Positions 21,493 through 31,801 are shown, counted from the first letter of the stretch. The stretch: 64,000 bases of DNA from Clostridia bacterium (GCA_028280575.1 JANQLN010000068.1:19580-83579); one strand, 5' to 3'. The notes: generated by a model not told the origin, from the sequence alone. Program-made: numbers and translations.

Positions 21493-23184
21493 ATGAACGC
21501 CAAAAAAATAATTGCTATTTTGCTAGTGTTGATGATGATACTTGGTGCAACAGTTGGCTGCACAAAGAACTCGACATCAGATATTAAAGATCAAACGGCT
21601 GAAAGTAAGACAGAAGTTAATGGGGAGCCTAAAAAAGAGGAACCAAAGGAGGAAAAAGAAAAAGGTCCTTATGCCAAATATGTTCCGGATGAAAACAAAG
21701 TATATAAGTTTGATATCGTAACATATATTAGAGAGCCTGTGCCTGATGATGATGATATTAAAGCTTTGATTGAAGAAAAATTCAATGTTAAGCTTAACTT
21801 ATGGAACCTGGAACAGAGCAACTATGTAGAACTGCTTAATTTAAGGGTGGTGAGTGGTGAAATTCCGGACATGTTTGAATTCTCAGGCCAGGCAAGCATG
21901 GCACCTGAATTGTATCGTCAAGGCGTTACACTGCCATTAGACAGAGCATTATTGGACTATGGCATGCCTAATGCTATGGCTCAGCTTGATATGCAAAAAC
22001 CCGGCTGGGAGGATTGGTGCCGTGCAGAAGATGGTATAATGTTCAAACTGCCTGATTTCAACATAAAACCGAATCAACAGGCTATTATCTGGCGGGGCGA
22101 CTGGTTAAAGAATGTTGGGATTACGAAAATTCCGGAAACATTGGAGGAATTTGAGGCTGCATTGTATGCATTTGCACACGAAGATCCCAATAAATCTGGT
22201 AATAAAGATACTTATGGTGCATCCACAACTGTAATGCAGCCTGTATTCGGAGCCTTTGGTGCAATGCCGTTCTGGAGCTTCGGATATGAGAAAGATTTCA
22301 GCAACACATGGCATATCAAGGACGGTGAACTGGTCTTTGCAGGTATCCAGCCTGAAATGAAAGATGCATTAGCCATGCTTAACAAATGGTATGTTGATGA
22401 AGTGCTGGATCCCGAGTTTGTTTTAGGTGAAAACCAAGGTGGCTATTGGGCACACACGCACCCATTCTTCAACTCAAAGATAGGATATACAGGACATGGT
22501 GCCGTGTATCATTGGTCACCACCCATGCACAACGAACATCAAGGTGGACCAAATTATAAGGAATTGATGCTGATTGATCCGGCTATAGCCGAAAGCTATG
22601 TATTTGGCGTGGCACCGGTCGGCCCTAATGGCAAAAAAGGTGTTTCAGGCAACCCATATATTAATATCACTAAAGGTGCAGGGTTTGGTTCTCATTTAGC
22701 AGACGAACCTGATAAGTTTGGTAAGCTTATGCAGTGTGTCGATTTCAGATATTCCGGTATGGAAAACAGCAGATTATACGCGGGTGAGGAAGGCAAACAT
22801 TATACATTCAAAGAAGTTACGGGTTGGGATGGTAAAACATATCAGTTACAACTCGCTACAGAATATGGTATAGAGGTTTATCCCCGTTCTGCCGAAAGAG
22901 TATTCAGAATATTTACGGCTTACTTCCCGGACAGCTTATCAGATCCGGATCTGGCATGGAGAAAGTTCATGAACTTTGGTGAGCACATCTATGTTAACCA
23001 ATTAGATACAATACTGCCGTCTGATGCTCAATACGCTAACGAGTTAGTTAAACTGACCAGTGAAACATATTATCAGATTATAACAGGCGGAAAACCAATT
23101 GAGTATTTTGATGAGTATGTAGATATATGGTGGAAGAACGGTGGTAAAATAATGCACGAAGAAGCCAATGAATGGTTAAGATAA
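21493..23184 (+). CDS. ABC transporter solute-binding lipoprotein
   Basis: Lipobox TVGC; RGDWLKNVG...PETLEEF; operon position. Confidence 0.9.
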   Translation: MNAKKIIAILLVLMMILGATVGCTKNSTSDIKDQTAESKTEVNGEPKKEEPKEEKEKGPYAKYVPDENKVYKFDIVTYIREPVPDDDDIKALIEEKFNVKLNLWNLEQSNYVELLNLRVVSGEIPDMFEFSGQASMAPELYRQGVTLPLDRALLDYGMPNAMAQLDMQKPGWEDWCRAEDGIMFKLPDFNIKPNQQAIIWRGDWLKNVGITKIPETLEEFEAALYAFAHEDPNKSGNKDTYGASTTVMQPVFGAFGAMPFWSFGYEKDFSNTWHIKDGELVFAGIQPEMKDALAMLNKWYVDEVLDPEFVLGENQGGYWAHTHPFFNSKIGYTGHGAVYHWSPPMHNEHQGGPNYKELMLIDPAIAESYVFGVAPVGPNGKKGVSGNPYINITKGAGFGSHLADEPDKFGKLMQCVDFRYSGMENSRLYAGEEGKHYTFKEVTGWDGKTYQLQLATEYGIEVYPRSAERVFRIFTAYFPDSLSDPDLAWRKFMNFGEHIYVNQLDTILPSDAQYANELVKLTSETYYQIITGGKPIEYFDEYVDIWWKNGGKIMHEEANEWLR

Positions 23185-23263
23185 CAAAGTAATATACAAA
23201 TTATTAAAATAAATTGATAGGGTACTATATTACCGTATAGTACTCCATTTTTTATTAGGGGGT

Positions 23264-25120
23264 TTGACAATGCTGGGTAAACAGAATATTGAAACATATA
23301 TACGGAAGAACTTACAATTGGGTGGCCGGGTTTTAGACGGACATAAGCAAAAAAATGTTATTTACGCAAAACTTGTGATCGGGGATAAAGTTGATATATC
23401 TGACTTTGATGATATTCTGAATAAATTGTATTATAGATATGATTGTGGTGATTTTGATGTTAACTTACTGGTAAGAATACTTTATTTGTATAGCAATACC
23501 GGGCAATTAACTGAGGAAACAAAAGATGCGATTAAGCAAGCCTTGCTTGATTTTGACTATTGGTTTAGTAAAAACAATAAAAATCCAGGCAAACATATTT
23601 TCTGGACGGAAAACCATGTAATGCAATTTTATACGGCTGAATACCTTCTTGCCCAATTCTATCCTGACGATACATTCAGAATGAGAGAGAAAAAGGGCAA
23701 AGACATGCTGGGCATGTTAAAGGATCGTGTCCTAGATTGGATTTGGATAAAGGCCAAAACCGGATTCTGCGAGTGGAACTCCAATGCATATACGGGAGGC
23801 AATATTTATGCGTTACTCAATATTTATGACTTTTCCGGGGATATGATTGTTCGTAATAAGGCAAAAGACTTATTGGACATCATTATGCTTGATATTGCAG
23901 TTAACTCATATAAGGGCAGCTTTGCTTCTACACATGGCCGTGCTTATGTTAACCATGTGATTTCCACAAAAAATGATAACACTTCATTAGCAACAAAAAT
24001 ATTATGGGACAATATATGCGGATTTAATGCAATCAGTTCCAACAGCGGTCTCGCTCTAATGACGAGCGGCTACGATACCCCGTCCATAATAAACAAAATT
24101 GCTTGTAACGAACAAGAAGTATTGCTCACTAAAGAACAGCAGAGCTTCAATGTGGAGGATGGCCCGGCTTTAGGTAAGGGCTTTGAGGATGAGGAAGACC
24201 TGACTTTATATTGGCATAACATGGGCTACACCCATCACGATATATTAGAAAAAAACCTTGAAATGGAAAAAAAATATCATCTAAACATTAATGAATGGCC
24301 ATATAGAGAATATTTGCACCTTAAGAATAACATGCACAGCAAATCGAAAGAAGGTGCCTGTTATGACCACAATTATTTAAGCAGAGTCAATTTTACAACC
24401 TGTAAAACGCCTGACTACATGATTAGCTGCGCACAAGATTTCAGAAAAGGCGGGTATGGATTTCAGCAGCATATATGGCAGGCAACAATGGATGGTGATA
24501 TTACGGTATTTACAAACCACCCTGGCCCAAATACCCGGCCTTGTTATTGGGCAGGCAGCTATTATTTGCCAAGAGCGGTACAATACAAAAACACCGTCAT
24601 AAGCATTCATGACATTAAAAGGAAATGCCATTTTGAATTCACCCATGCACATTTCCCGAGAAGCAAATTTGATGAAGTCTGTGAAATTGATGGATGGATA
24701 TTTGGTAGAAAAGGAGATGGCTACATTGCATTGTGTTCGCAAAATCATTATGAGTGGAATAATGAGCATCCATATCTCAATTGTGATGTGGTATGCAAAG
24801 CCAGAGAGAACATTTGGATATGCCAGATGGGGAGAAAAGAGGATGATGTCAGTTATAAATACTTTGTTGCCGGCATTTTGAGAAGTCAATTGACCTTTTC
24901 AGCTCAATCTGTAAAATATGCGACTCCTAAAGGCGATGTGCTTGAATTCGGCTGGGACGGTGATTTGCTGGTAAACGGCCAAGTAGAGAAAATCCGGGAC
25001 TACAAGCGGTTTGACAATAAGTATTGCCAAAGTGAATATATGAGCGGAATATATAAGATTAGTGACGGAACTGACAGTATTGAATATGATTTTACGGATA
25101 TAAAAAAAATTGATACATAG
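23264..25120 (+). CDS. Hypothetical protein, possibly carbohydrate-active (heparinase II/III-like architecture)
   Basis: WTENH, GFCEWNSNAY, THGRAY, GFQQHIWQAT, FTNHP motifs; last gene of the sugar ABC operon. Confidence 0.55.
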   Translation: MTMLGKQNIETYIRKNLQLGGRVLDGHKQKNVIYAKLVIGDKVDISDFDDILNKLYYRYDCGDFDVNLLVRILYLYSNTGQLTEETKDAIKQALLDFDYWFSKNNKNPGKHIFWTENHVMQFYTAEYLLAQFYPDDTFRMREKKGKDMLGMLKDRVLDWIWIKAKTGFCEWNSNAYTGGNIYALLNIYDFSGDMIVRNKAKDLLDIIMLDIAVNSYKGSFASTHGRAYVNHVISTKNDNTSLATKILWDNICGFNAISSNSGLALMTSGYDTPSIINKIACNEQEVLLTKEQQSFNVEDGPALGKGFEDEEDLTLYWHNMGYTHHDILEKNLEMEKKYHLNINEWPYREYLHLKNNMHSKSKEGACYDHNYLSRVNFTTCKTPDYMISCAQDFRKGGYGFQQHIWQATMDGDITVFTNHPGPNTRPCYWAGSYYLPRAVQYKNTVISIHDIKRKCHFEFTHAHFPRSKFDEVCEIDGWIFGRKGDGYIALCSQNHYEWNNEHPYLNCDVVCKARENIWICQMGRKEDDVSYKYFVAGILRSQLTFSAQSVKYATPKGDVLEFGWDGDLLVNGQVEKIRDYKRFDNKYCQSEYMSGIYKISDGTDSIEYDFTDIKKIDT

Positions 25121-25147
25121 CATTCTGTATGAAACGTCTTAATTCTT

Positions 25148-25318
25148 TATTATGACATGGTAAGAAAATTATATAGGTGAAGCATTGGATATTCGCGTTG
25201 AAAAAGATAAAAATGGGAACAGGTGCAAGTATCAAGCAGCTTGAGAAGGGTCTTGGAATAGGAAGAAATATAATTCAAAAAACTTAATCAGCAAGTCAAA
25301 CAAAACGTCCCCTTGACT
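25148..25318 (+). mobile_element. RAYT-like transposase relic, copy 1 (3' end plus REP-like palindrome)
   Basis: Encodes LKKIKMGTGASIKQLEKGLGIGRNIIQKT*, followed by agtcaaacaaaacgtccccttgact (25294-25318); aligns with 35270-35477. Confidence 0.7.
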
Positions 25319-25330
25319 CCCAACTATTTC

Positions 25331-25359
25331 TTGTTGTCAATAGGGTAATAGTATATAAT
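25331..25359 (+). promoter_or_regulatory. Putative sigma-A promoter of the TA operon
   Basis: TTGTTG-17 bp-TATAAT. Confidence 0.45.
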
Positions 25360-25392
25360 TATATGTGTGAATGAATAGCAATAGTATAAAGG

Positions 25393-25803
25393 TTGATTAA
25401 TATGGAAGAATACTTTAATACAATAAAAGAATACTTAATAAAAAAACTGGATCCACACCTGATAATCATATTTGGATCTGCAATACGTGGCGAAATGAAC
25501 GATGAAAGTGATATAGATGTTGGTTTTCTCAATGAACAAAAAAATGACCCATATCGAATTTTCTTGCTGTCACAAGAACTTGCAAATATAGTTGGAAAAG
25601 ATATTGACCTTGTGGATATGTCGAAATCCTCTACAGTTATGCAGGTGCAAATAATTAGTAGTGGTAAAATAATATATAATGCCAACTACGTTAAAAGTGC
25701 GGCTTTTATGATGAAATCCTTCAAGCAGTATGCAATGCTCAATGAAGAGAGAAAATGTATTTTGGATAAAATAAATGAAAGAGGTAGTATTTATGCAAAA
25801 TGA
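25393..25803 (+). CDS. mntA: MNT antitoxin (minimal nucleotidyltransferase, MntA-type)
   Basis: FGS...G...SDID motif, DLVD; overlaps the downstream HEPN gene. Confidence 0.85.
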   Translation: MINMEEYFNTIKEYLIKKLDPHLIIIFGSAIRGEMNDESDIDVGFLNEQKNDPYRIFLLSQELANIVGKDIDLVDMSKSSTVMQVQIISSGKIIYNANYVKSAAFMMKSFKQYAMLNEERKCILDKINERGSIYAK

Positions 25804-26197
25804 CATAATAATAAATAAATGTGCTACTATAGAAAGATGTATAAAAAGAATAGAACAGGAATATGATAACAACTATGAAAATCTGAAAAACTTTACCAAA
25901 CAAGACTCCATAATTCTTAATATACAAAGGGCTTGTGAAGCCTGTATTGACCTGGCCATGCATATAGTCTCAATAAAAGGATTGGGAATCCCACAAAAAA
26001 CAAGAGATGCATTTGATATTCTCTGCAAAAACGACATTATTAGTGAATTATTAAGTAAAAAAATGAAGTCAATGGTAGGATTCAGAAATATAGCAATCCA
26101 TGATTATCAGGAATTAAGTTTATCTATTATTAATGAAATTATTAAAAAGCATCTTAATGATTTTACTGAATTTACAAGCGTAATATTATCCATATAG
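25793..26197 (+). CDS. hepT: HEPN (DUF86) RNase toxin, HepT-type
   Basis: RNIAIHDY (R-x4-H followed by Tyr); ATG at 25793 after gaggt. Confidence 0.87.
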   Translation: MQNDIIINKCATIERCIKRIEQEYDNNYENLKNFTKQDSIILNIQRACEACIDLAMHIVSIKGLGIPQKTRDAFDILCKNDIISELLSKKMKSMVGFRNIAIHDYQELSLSIINEIIKKHLNDFTEFTSVILSI

Positions 26198-26213
26198 CAA
26201 GTCAAGGAGTCAG

Positions 26214-26468
26214 AGTCAAAGGGACGTTTCGTTTGACTTCAACTATATGTAATGTATTTATTAGGGTGAGATTAACATACCAGGAAAAGTCAGAATGATA
26301 AGTAAAACAGAAATTATCACACTACGGGGAATATTGGAGAATCAAGAAATAGTTGATGCGGATTTTTGTTTACTTTTCAATTATTGAAGAATTCATAAAA
26401 TATGAGACTGAATAAAGAACCGTGTAAATGGTAATAATCTCCACATAAAACAAAACGTCCCCTTGACT
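26214..26468 (+). mobile_element. RAYT-like relic, copy 2, bounded by inverted REP-like palindromes
   Basis: agtcaaagggacgtttcgtttgact (26214-26238) ... caaaacgtccccttgact (26451-26468); interior aligns with 35027-35224. Confidence 0.7.
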
Positions 26469-26470
26469 TC

Positions 26471-28258
26471 CTAAACGGTATACCATTCCATTTGTGCTGT
26501 ATACATTTTATAATATATACTATCAGGGTTATTTATTAATTCTTGATGTGAGCCGTCCTCATGTATGTATCCATCATTAATTACTATAATTCGGTCTGAA
26601 TATTTGGCAAATCCAAGGCGATGGGATACAAAAAATACCAATCTGTCTTTAGCAAGTGAAAAGACTAATTTATAAATGTCAATTTCGGCTAACGGGTCAA
26701 TATAAGAGGTGGGCTCGTCTAAAATCCAAACATTTGCTTTTTCATTAGCTATCAGCCTGGCAATTGCTAAACGCTGCCACTGTCCTTTTGATAATTCTAT
26801 TCCCTCTTCAAGATTACCTAACTTAGTATAAATTCCATCAGGTTTTGTTTTTATGAATTCATACAGGCCAACCATCTTTAGTATGTTATTAATTTTATCT
26901 GGATTTAGTTCCTTTCCTCCACAACCAATTTCTATATTTTCTTTAACACTCATTTGATAGTGCTTAAAATCTTGAATAACTGCAGTAGCACATAAATCAT
27001 TACAAGAATATTTTCCTTCATAATTTTCAAGCAATGATAGAATAATGGAAACAAATGTAGTTTTTCCGCTGCCGTTATAACCAACTACTGCTATCTTTTC
27101 ACCTTTTTTAAATGATATGTTTATTCCCTTTAACACATAATTAACAGTCTGAGAATATTTATATTTTAAATTTCTGATTTCTATTAAATTAGTGCTGGCC
27201 TGACAATCTATTGTGTTGTGTTCTTTATAATCCATAACTTCATAATAAGCTTCCAAGACTCTTATATACCAATTACTATTTAGCATAAAAACTGTAAAGC
27301 TTTTTACTGTCGAAAATAGATTGGTGAGTAGGGCTACAACCATACTAAAATACCCTATATTATATTCGCCGTCTGCCACGCCTTGTCCGACAGACAATAT
27401 GGTTATGATAAATGTAGCTAGAAAAAGGGCAGAAGAAACAAGCTCTGATGAAAATGACAAAACATTTAACTTTAAATAATTTTTACGTTCGCATTTATTA
27501 TAAAATTTATATTTGCTTAAAAAAAAGGCAAAGCTTCCTTCCACCTGTATATTTTGGTGGTTTATCCTATTGCCTAGAACTCCTTTGAAGTAATTATTTC
27601 TGCGTGTCTCGGGAGAAACGTGTTTTCTCCAATAATCAAGCTGCTTGTCTGTTACAATACCTGCCAAAATTATGTTAATTATCAAAGCTATTAATATTAC
27701 GACCAGAAACATAGTATTTATTTTTGATAAAAGAACTGAATAAACTACAAACATCAATATAATTCTGGCAATTTGTGTTATACCGAATACGGCATTGCTA
27801 TATTGTCCGCTAGCTTTGCGTGCAAAATCAATTTTTTCGTGAAATTGATTGTTTTCATAGTACTCGTATGATATATTTGAAAGCTTATTAACTATGCCTT
27901 TTTCCACTTCAAAAGATACCTTATCAACGTATTTTGCTGTTATTCTATAATATAAATTACTCAATAATCTCATAATCAGTAATGCAAGAAGAAACAGTAT
28001 TATTGATGCAAATATAGTAAAAAAATTATCATCAATTCCTTGCTTTGAATAAACCGATATGCTATTTGTGGTATATTCCAAAAATTTCAAATCAATAAAG
28101 CTAACGCTCATTGTTATACAGGCAAGGACAATAATCATAATAGTATCAAATTTGAATTTTGAATATAGCTCTTTAATAATTTTCCACTGGATAATAAAGA
28201 ACTTTTTTGCAGTTATTTTTTCATTCATGTCCTTACTTTTTACTTTTTTACTCTTCAT
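26471..28258 (-). CDS. ABC exporter (TMD + ATPase), RiPP cluster
   Basis: Multiple TM helices, GYNGSGKT, LSKGQWQR, LDEPT, SHRL. Confidence 0.92.
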   Translation of the reverse strand: MKSKKVKSKDMNEKITAKKFFIIQWKIIKELYSKFKFDTIMIIVLACITMSVSFIDLKFLEYTTNSISVYSKQGIDDNFFTIFASIILFLLALLIMRLLSNLYYRITAKYVDKVSFEVEKGIVNKLSNISYEYYENNQFHEKIDFARKASGQYSNAVFGITQIARIILMFVVYSVLLSKINTMFLVVILIALIINIILAGIVTDKQLDYWRKHVSPETRRNNYFKGVLGNRINHQNIQVEGSFAFFLSKYKFYNKCERKNYLKLNVLSFSSELVSSALFLATFIITILSVGQGVADGEYNIGYFSMVVALLTNLFSTVKSFTVFMLNSNWYIRVLEAYYEVMDYKEHNTIDCQASTNLIEIRNLKYKYSQTVNYVLKGINISFKKGEKIAVVGYNGSGKTTFVSIILSLLENYEGKYSCNDLCATAVIQDFKHYQMSVKENIEIGCGGKELNPDKINNILKMVGLYEFIKTKPDGIYTKLGNLEEGIELSKGQWQRLAIARLIANEKANVWILDEPTSYIDPLAEIDIYKLVFSLAKDRLVFFVSHRLGFAKYSDRIIVINDGYIHEDGSHQELINNPDSIYYKMYTAQMEWYTV

Positions 28259-30072
28259 ACCAATTCAAGTTTCTCCTCATACACCTTTTTTTGTTCATAA
28301 AAAAGCTTTGCATAATAGCCATTTTTTAAAAGCAGCTGTTCATGGGTTCCCTCTTCTGTAATTTTACCATTTTCAATCATGATAATCCTATCAGCAAGCC
28401 TTGCAAAGCCTATTCTATGTGATATTAGAATAGCTGTTTTACCTTTGATGTTTTCTCTCAGGCCATTTATCATATCTATTTCTTTTAGCGGGTCAATAGA
28501 CGCTGTCGGCTCGTCTAATATTAATATTTCAGGGTTTCCCAAATAAGCTGAGGCGATAATCAGTTTTTGCCACTCACCCCCGGATAGTTCAACTCCGTCA
28601 TCATTGTATTCTTTTCCGACAAAAGTATTATCCGAATCCTTATATTTAGATATAAAAGACTCTATACCTGCTTTTCTATAAGCAATCGTTAATTCGGGCT
28701 TGTCATTCATATATTTAATATTCCCAAGGCCGACAATTTCTTTTATTGATAATGAAAAACGCGAAAACTCTTGCGGAGCCATACCAAAGTATTGAAATAC
28801 TCTTGATTTTTCTTGTCCAATATCAAAACCATTAATAGCAACCTTTCCTCTTTGCGGATTAAGGCTTCCGTTAAGTAATTTTGATAACGTTGTTTTTCCG
28901 CTGCCGTTATATCCCATTATACTGACAATCTCCCCTTTTTTTAAATGCATTTTTAAATCATTAACAGCCGGATTATCACTATTTGGATAACAGTATGTTA
29001 CGTTAATTGATTCTAAGGATTCAAAAGAATCAAATACCAAATTATTTGACTCTTTACACTGCTTATTTAATTTTTTCGTCTCAATGTTACCAATAGGAGT
29101 TATAAATTCTACATAATCATTTATATATTTAAGGTCTTTATAAAAGCCATTCATTACAGTACTAACGACTTTATTTATCTGTGTGTATGATGCTTCTATT
29201 AAGCCAAACAGCATAACAAATGTACCGATATCGTACTTTTTATAATAAATTCCTGTAACTAATATGAGTATCGCAGCTACTCTCAAAAAGAATTTTACTA
29301 TCAGGGATAAATTATCCAGACTAATTCTTTTAAGCGATAAAGCTAAACGTTCCTGCCGAAGATTAGAATAGATATTATCCCACTTCTTGAGGATACTACT
29401 TTTATAATCATATATGCGGAGCTCTTTTGCATACTCCTTTCCAGTTAACAATTCAACAAAATAATCCCTGAACCGTTGTTCCTTTATTTGTTTTTTATCA
29501 AGTTCATATTCCTTTTTTGAAGTGTATTTCAATGTTATAAATGATATAACGGAACATAATATCGAATATGCTATCAACATGGGTTCATATATCACAAAAA
29601 TCATGATTGTACCAAAAATGGTGCCCATATTAGAAAAAAACAACATAATAAGATTATTCAAATAAGAACTAATCTTTTGTGTATTATTACTTATAAATGA
29701 ATACCTTTCCATAAACTTCTTATCAAAAAATCTCTCTTGCGGTGTTTCTAAACTTCTCCTCATAAATATACTTTGGAAAAGGAAATCAATATTAAGTCGA
29801 AAAAAATTATTACCAAATGCTTTGAGAAAACTATTTGATATATCTATAAAATACACAATCATATATGCCATGGCAATTCCAAAAAAGGCACCGGTTGTCT
29901 GGCCCACTTTAATACTTGAAGATAGCTCATTTATGAGATTTTTATTTAATATATTCAATAAAATACTTACGGCCGTTGAAAAAGAAAGTACCAGTATATA
30001 AACGAAAATGTAAAAAAAACAATATTTAAATGATTTTTTAATTATCCAAAGGATATTATTTATTTGCTTCAT
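28255..30072 (-). CDS. ABC exporter (TMD + ATPase), RiPP cluster
   Basis: GYNGSGKT, LSGGEWQK, LDEPT; 4-bp overlap with the next ABC gene; no C39 peptidase domain. Confidence 0.92.
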   Translation of the reverse strand: MKQINNILWIIKKSFKYCFFYIFVYILVLSFSTAVSILLNILNKNLINELSSSIKVGQTTGAFFGIAMAYMIVYFIDISNSFLKAFGNNFFRLNIDFLFQSIFMRRSLETPQERFFDKKFMERYSFISNNTQKISSYLNNLIMLFFSNMGTIFGTIMIFVIYEPMLIAYSILCSVISFITLKYTSKKEYELDKKQIKEQRFRDYFVELLTGKEYAKELRIYDYKSSILKKWDNIYSNLRQERLALSLKRISLDNLSLIVKFFLRVAAILILVTGIYYKKYDIGTFVMLFGLIEASYTQINKVVSTVMNGFYKDLKYINDYVEFITPIGNIETKKLNKQCKESNNLVFDSFESLESINVTYCYPNSDNPAVNDLKMHLKKGEIVSIMGYNGSGKTTLSKLLNGSLNPQRGKVAINGFDIGQEKSRVFQYFGMAPQEFSRFSLSIKEIVGLGNIKYMNDKPELTIAYRKAGIESFISKYKDSDNTFVGKEYNDDGVELSGGEWQKLIIASAYLGNPEILILDEPTASIDPLKEIDMINGLRENIKGKTAILISHRIGFARLADRIIMIENGKITEEGTHEQLLLKNGYYAKLFYEQKKVYEEKLELV

Positions 30073-30114
30073 AATGCTTCCTCATTAATTAATTAAGATA
30101 ATTGTGCTAATATT

Positions 30115-31164
30115 TTAGCTTACAATACTCTTTTTATTTGTTGCATAACGATACAAAAGATGATTAGTTTGCTTTTTCCTGAATAAACATCCTCCATCAG
30201 TTCCATAGAAATTGCCTAAATGAAAAGCTTTACCTCTGCACCCACCTCTGCAAATACTCTTACAAATACATTGATTGCAATTTGCCAGCTTTTCTTTACT
30301 GGCACTTTTTATGTTATTCAGAATGGTTTTATATTTTTCATTTTTAAAAATGTGTAGTAAATCATGGTCATTGATATTACCTAATATATATTCGTCACTA
30401 TATAATAATTGACACGGCAATACACAACCTTTGTAATTGATACATAAATTAATTTCACTTTTATCATCTGTTAACGGACAAATATAACCATATTGAATAG
30501 GATTTACATCTTCACGGTTATTCTTCATCATTAATTCACCAATTAGCAAATGTATTTTATATAAATCATCTACATTTTGAATAAACATGTCTTGTTTGCC
30601 TGACGCATTTCCTTGTCTTTCTAGGAGCCCAAAAATGGGAAGATAATCATAATATGAAATTAAATTATAAAACGCTTTTATGTCTTCTTTATTATAAGCT
30701 GAGACTACCATTTTCACAAATATTTTTTTAATACCACTCTTTTTTAACTGATCAATATTATGAATTGTTTTATTGAAGCTTCCATGTCCTCTAACTATAT
30801 CATTAGTTTCTGCTGTAGCACCATCTAAACTTATTTGCAAAGTTAAAAGTGAATATTTTTTGATATATTCTATGAACTTGGTATTAATAAGCGTACCATT
30901 AGTAACAATAGTAGCATTTAAACCTCTCTTAGTAATATAATCTAGTATTTTCAAAAAATTTTTATGTAATAGTGGTTCGCCACCTGACAGTGTTATGGAT
31001 TTAGCATTACTGATAAACAAATTGTCAACCAATGAACAAATTGCTTTATAAGATATTTCTTCATTGGGATTTTTTGGCGACTGGTTATAGCAATGCTTAC
31101 AACTTAAATTACATTTTGATGTTATTTCAATATAACAATTTCCAATTTTTCTCATAATAGCCAC
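30115..31164 (-). CDS. Radical SAM/SPASM peptide maturase
   Basis: CNLSCKHC (CxxxCxxC), SGGEPL, SLDG; SPASM region C...GCVLPC...CxxCx5CxxxCx16C; no N-terminal RRE. Confidence 0.92.
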   Translation of the reverse strand: MAIMRKIGNCYIEITSKCNLSCKHCYNQSPKNPNEEISYKAICSLVDNLFISNAKSITLSGGEPLLHKNFLKILDYITKRGLNATIVTNGTLINTKFIEYIKKYSLLTLQISLDGATAETNDIVRGHGSFNKTIHNIDQLKKSGIKKIFVKMVVSAYNKEDIKAFYNLISYYDYLPIFGLLERQGNASGKQDMFIQNVDDLYKIHLLIGELMMKNNREDVNPIQYGYICPLTDDKSEINLCINYKGCVLPCQLLYSDEYILGNINDHDLLHIFKNEKYKTILNNIKSASKEKLANCNQCICKSICRGGCRGKAFHLGNFYGTDGGCLFRKKQTNHLLYRYATNKKSIVS

Positions 31165-31172
31165 CCGTTAAC

Positions 31173-31733
31173 CTATATTATTTTTTGTATTAGTATACTA
31201 GCGTTTAACAATTGATATAAAAAATGATATGTTTCATCTAGCAATTCCTGTTTATCAACCTGAAACTCGTTTTGTAATGAAAGAATAATTTCAATTAAAG
31301 TTGTTTTACCATCAAACTTTTCTAATATATGTTTTTCCAAATCTTCAAGGACATAAACTATATTTTCTTGTGAATTAAAAATAACATATCCATCATCAAT
31401 ATTCTCTAAATGCAAAGATTTATTTGTAATATAGATTTTGTGCTTGTCATCTTTCATTTGTTCATTCTTATCCATCATTTGTTCAATAGTTTCTATTGCT
31501 ATATCCGTTTCATTTTCTTCATTGCCAAAATCATACTTAGTGCAATACCCTCCTGAAAAACTGAAACAAGTATCAGAATTGATATTCTTGTAGATACCTT
31601 TTTCATCCAGATTATTACTATTAGACCTTTTGCTCATACCCAAACCACATCCTTTATTCATACCCCCTCCAACTCCTTTGCTCATGCCCACTCCACTTTC
31701 TTTTATCAGGCTCCGTTCAGATATTTTTTTCAT
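31173..31733 (-). CDS. PqqD-family RiPP recognition element with an N-terminal precursor-like extension
   Basis: C-terminal ~88 aa fits PqqD (DDGYVIFN...VYVL......ILEKFDGKTTL.EI...L...F.V......D...FL.QL....IL); ATG at 31733 after gaaggtg. Confidence 0.8.
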   Translation of the reverse strand: MKKISERSLIKESGVGMSKGVGGGMNKGCGLGMSKRSNSNNLDEKGIYKNINSDTCFSFSGGYCTKYDFGNEENETDIAIETIEQMMDKNEQMKDDKHKIYITNKSLHLENIDDGYVIFNSQENIVYVLEDLEKHILEKFDGKTTLIEIILSLQNEFQVDKQELLDETYHFLYQLLNASILIQKII

Positions 31734-31801
31734 ATAACTACACCTTCTTTCAGTCAAATATATTTTTTTTATAAAACATCTGTAATAATTATAGAATACA
31801 C

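Noticed and set aside
30115-31164. rSAM/SPASM as the anaerobic sulfatase maturase for the sulfatase at 62481, or as PqqE
   Set aside because: It sits in an operon with an RRE, a precursor and exporters about 31 kb from the sulfatase; no pqqB/pqqC genes and no ExxxY precursor
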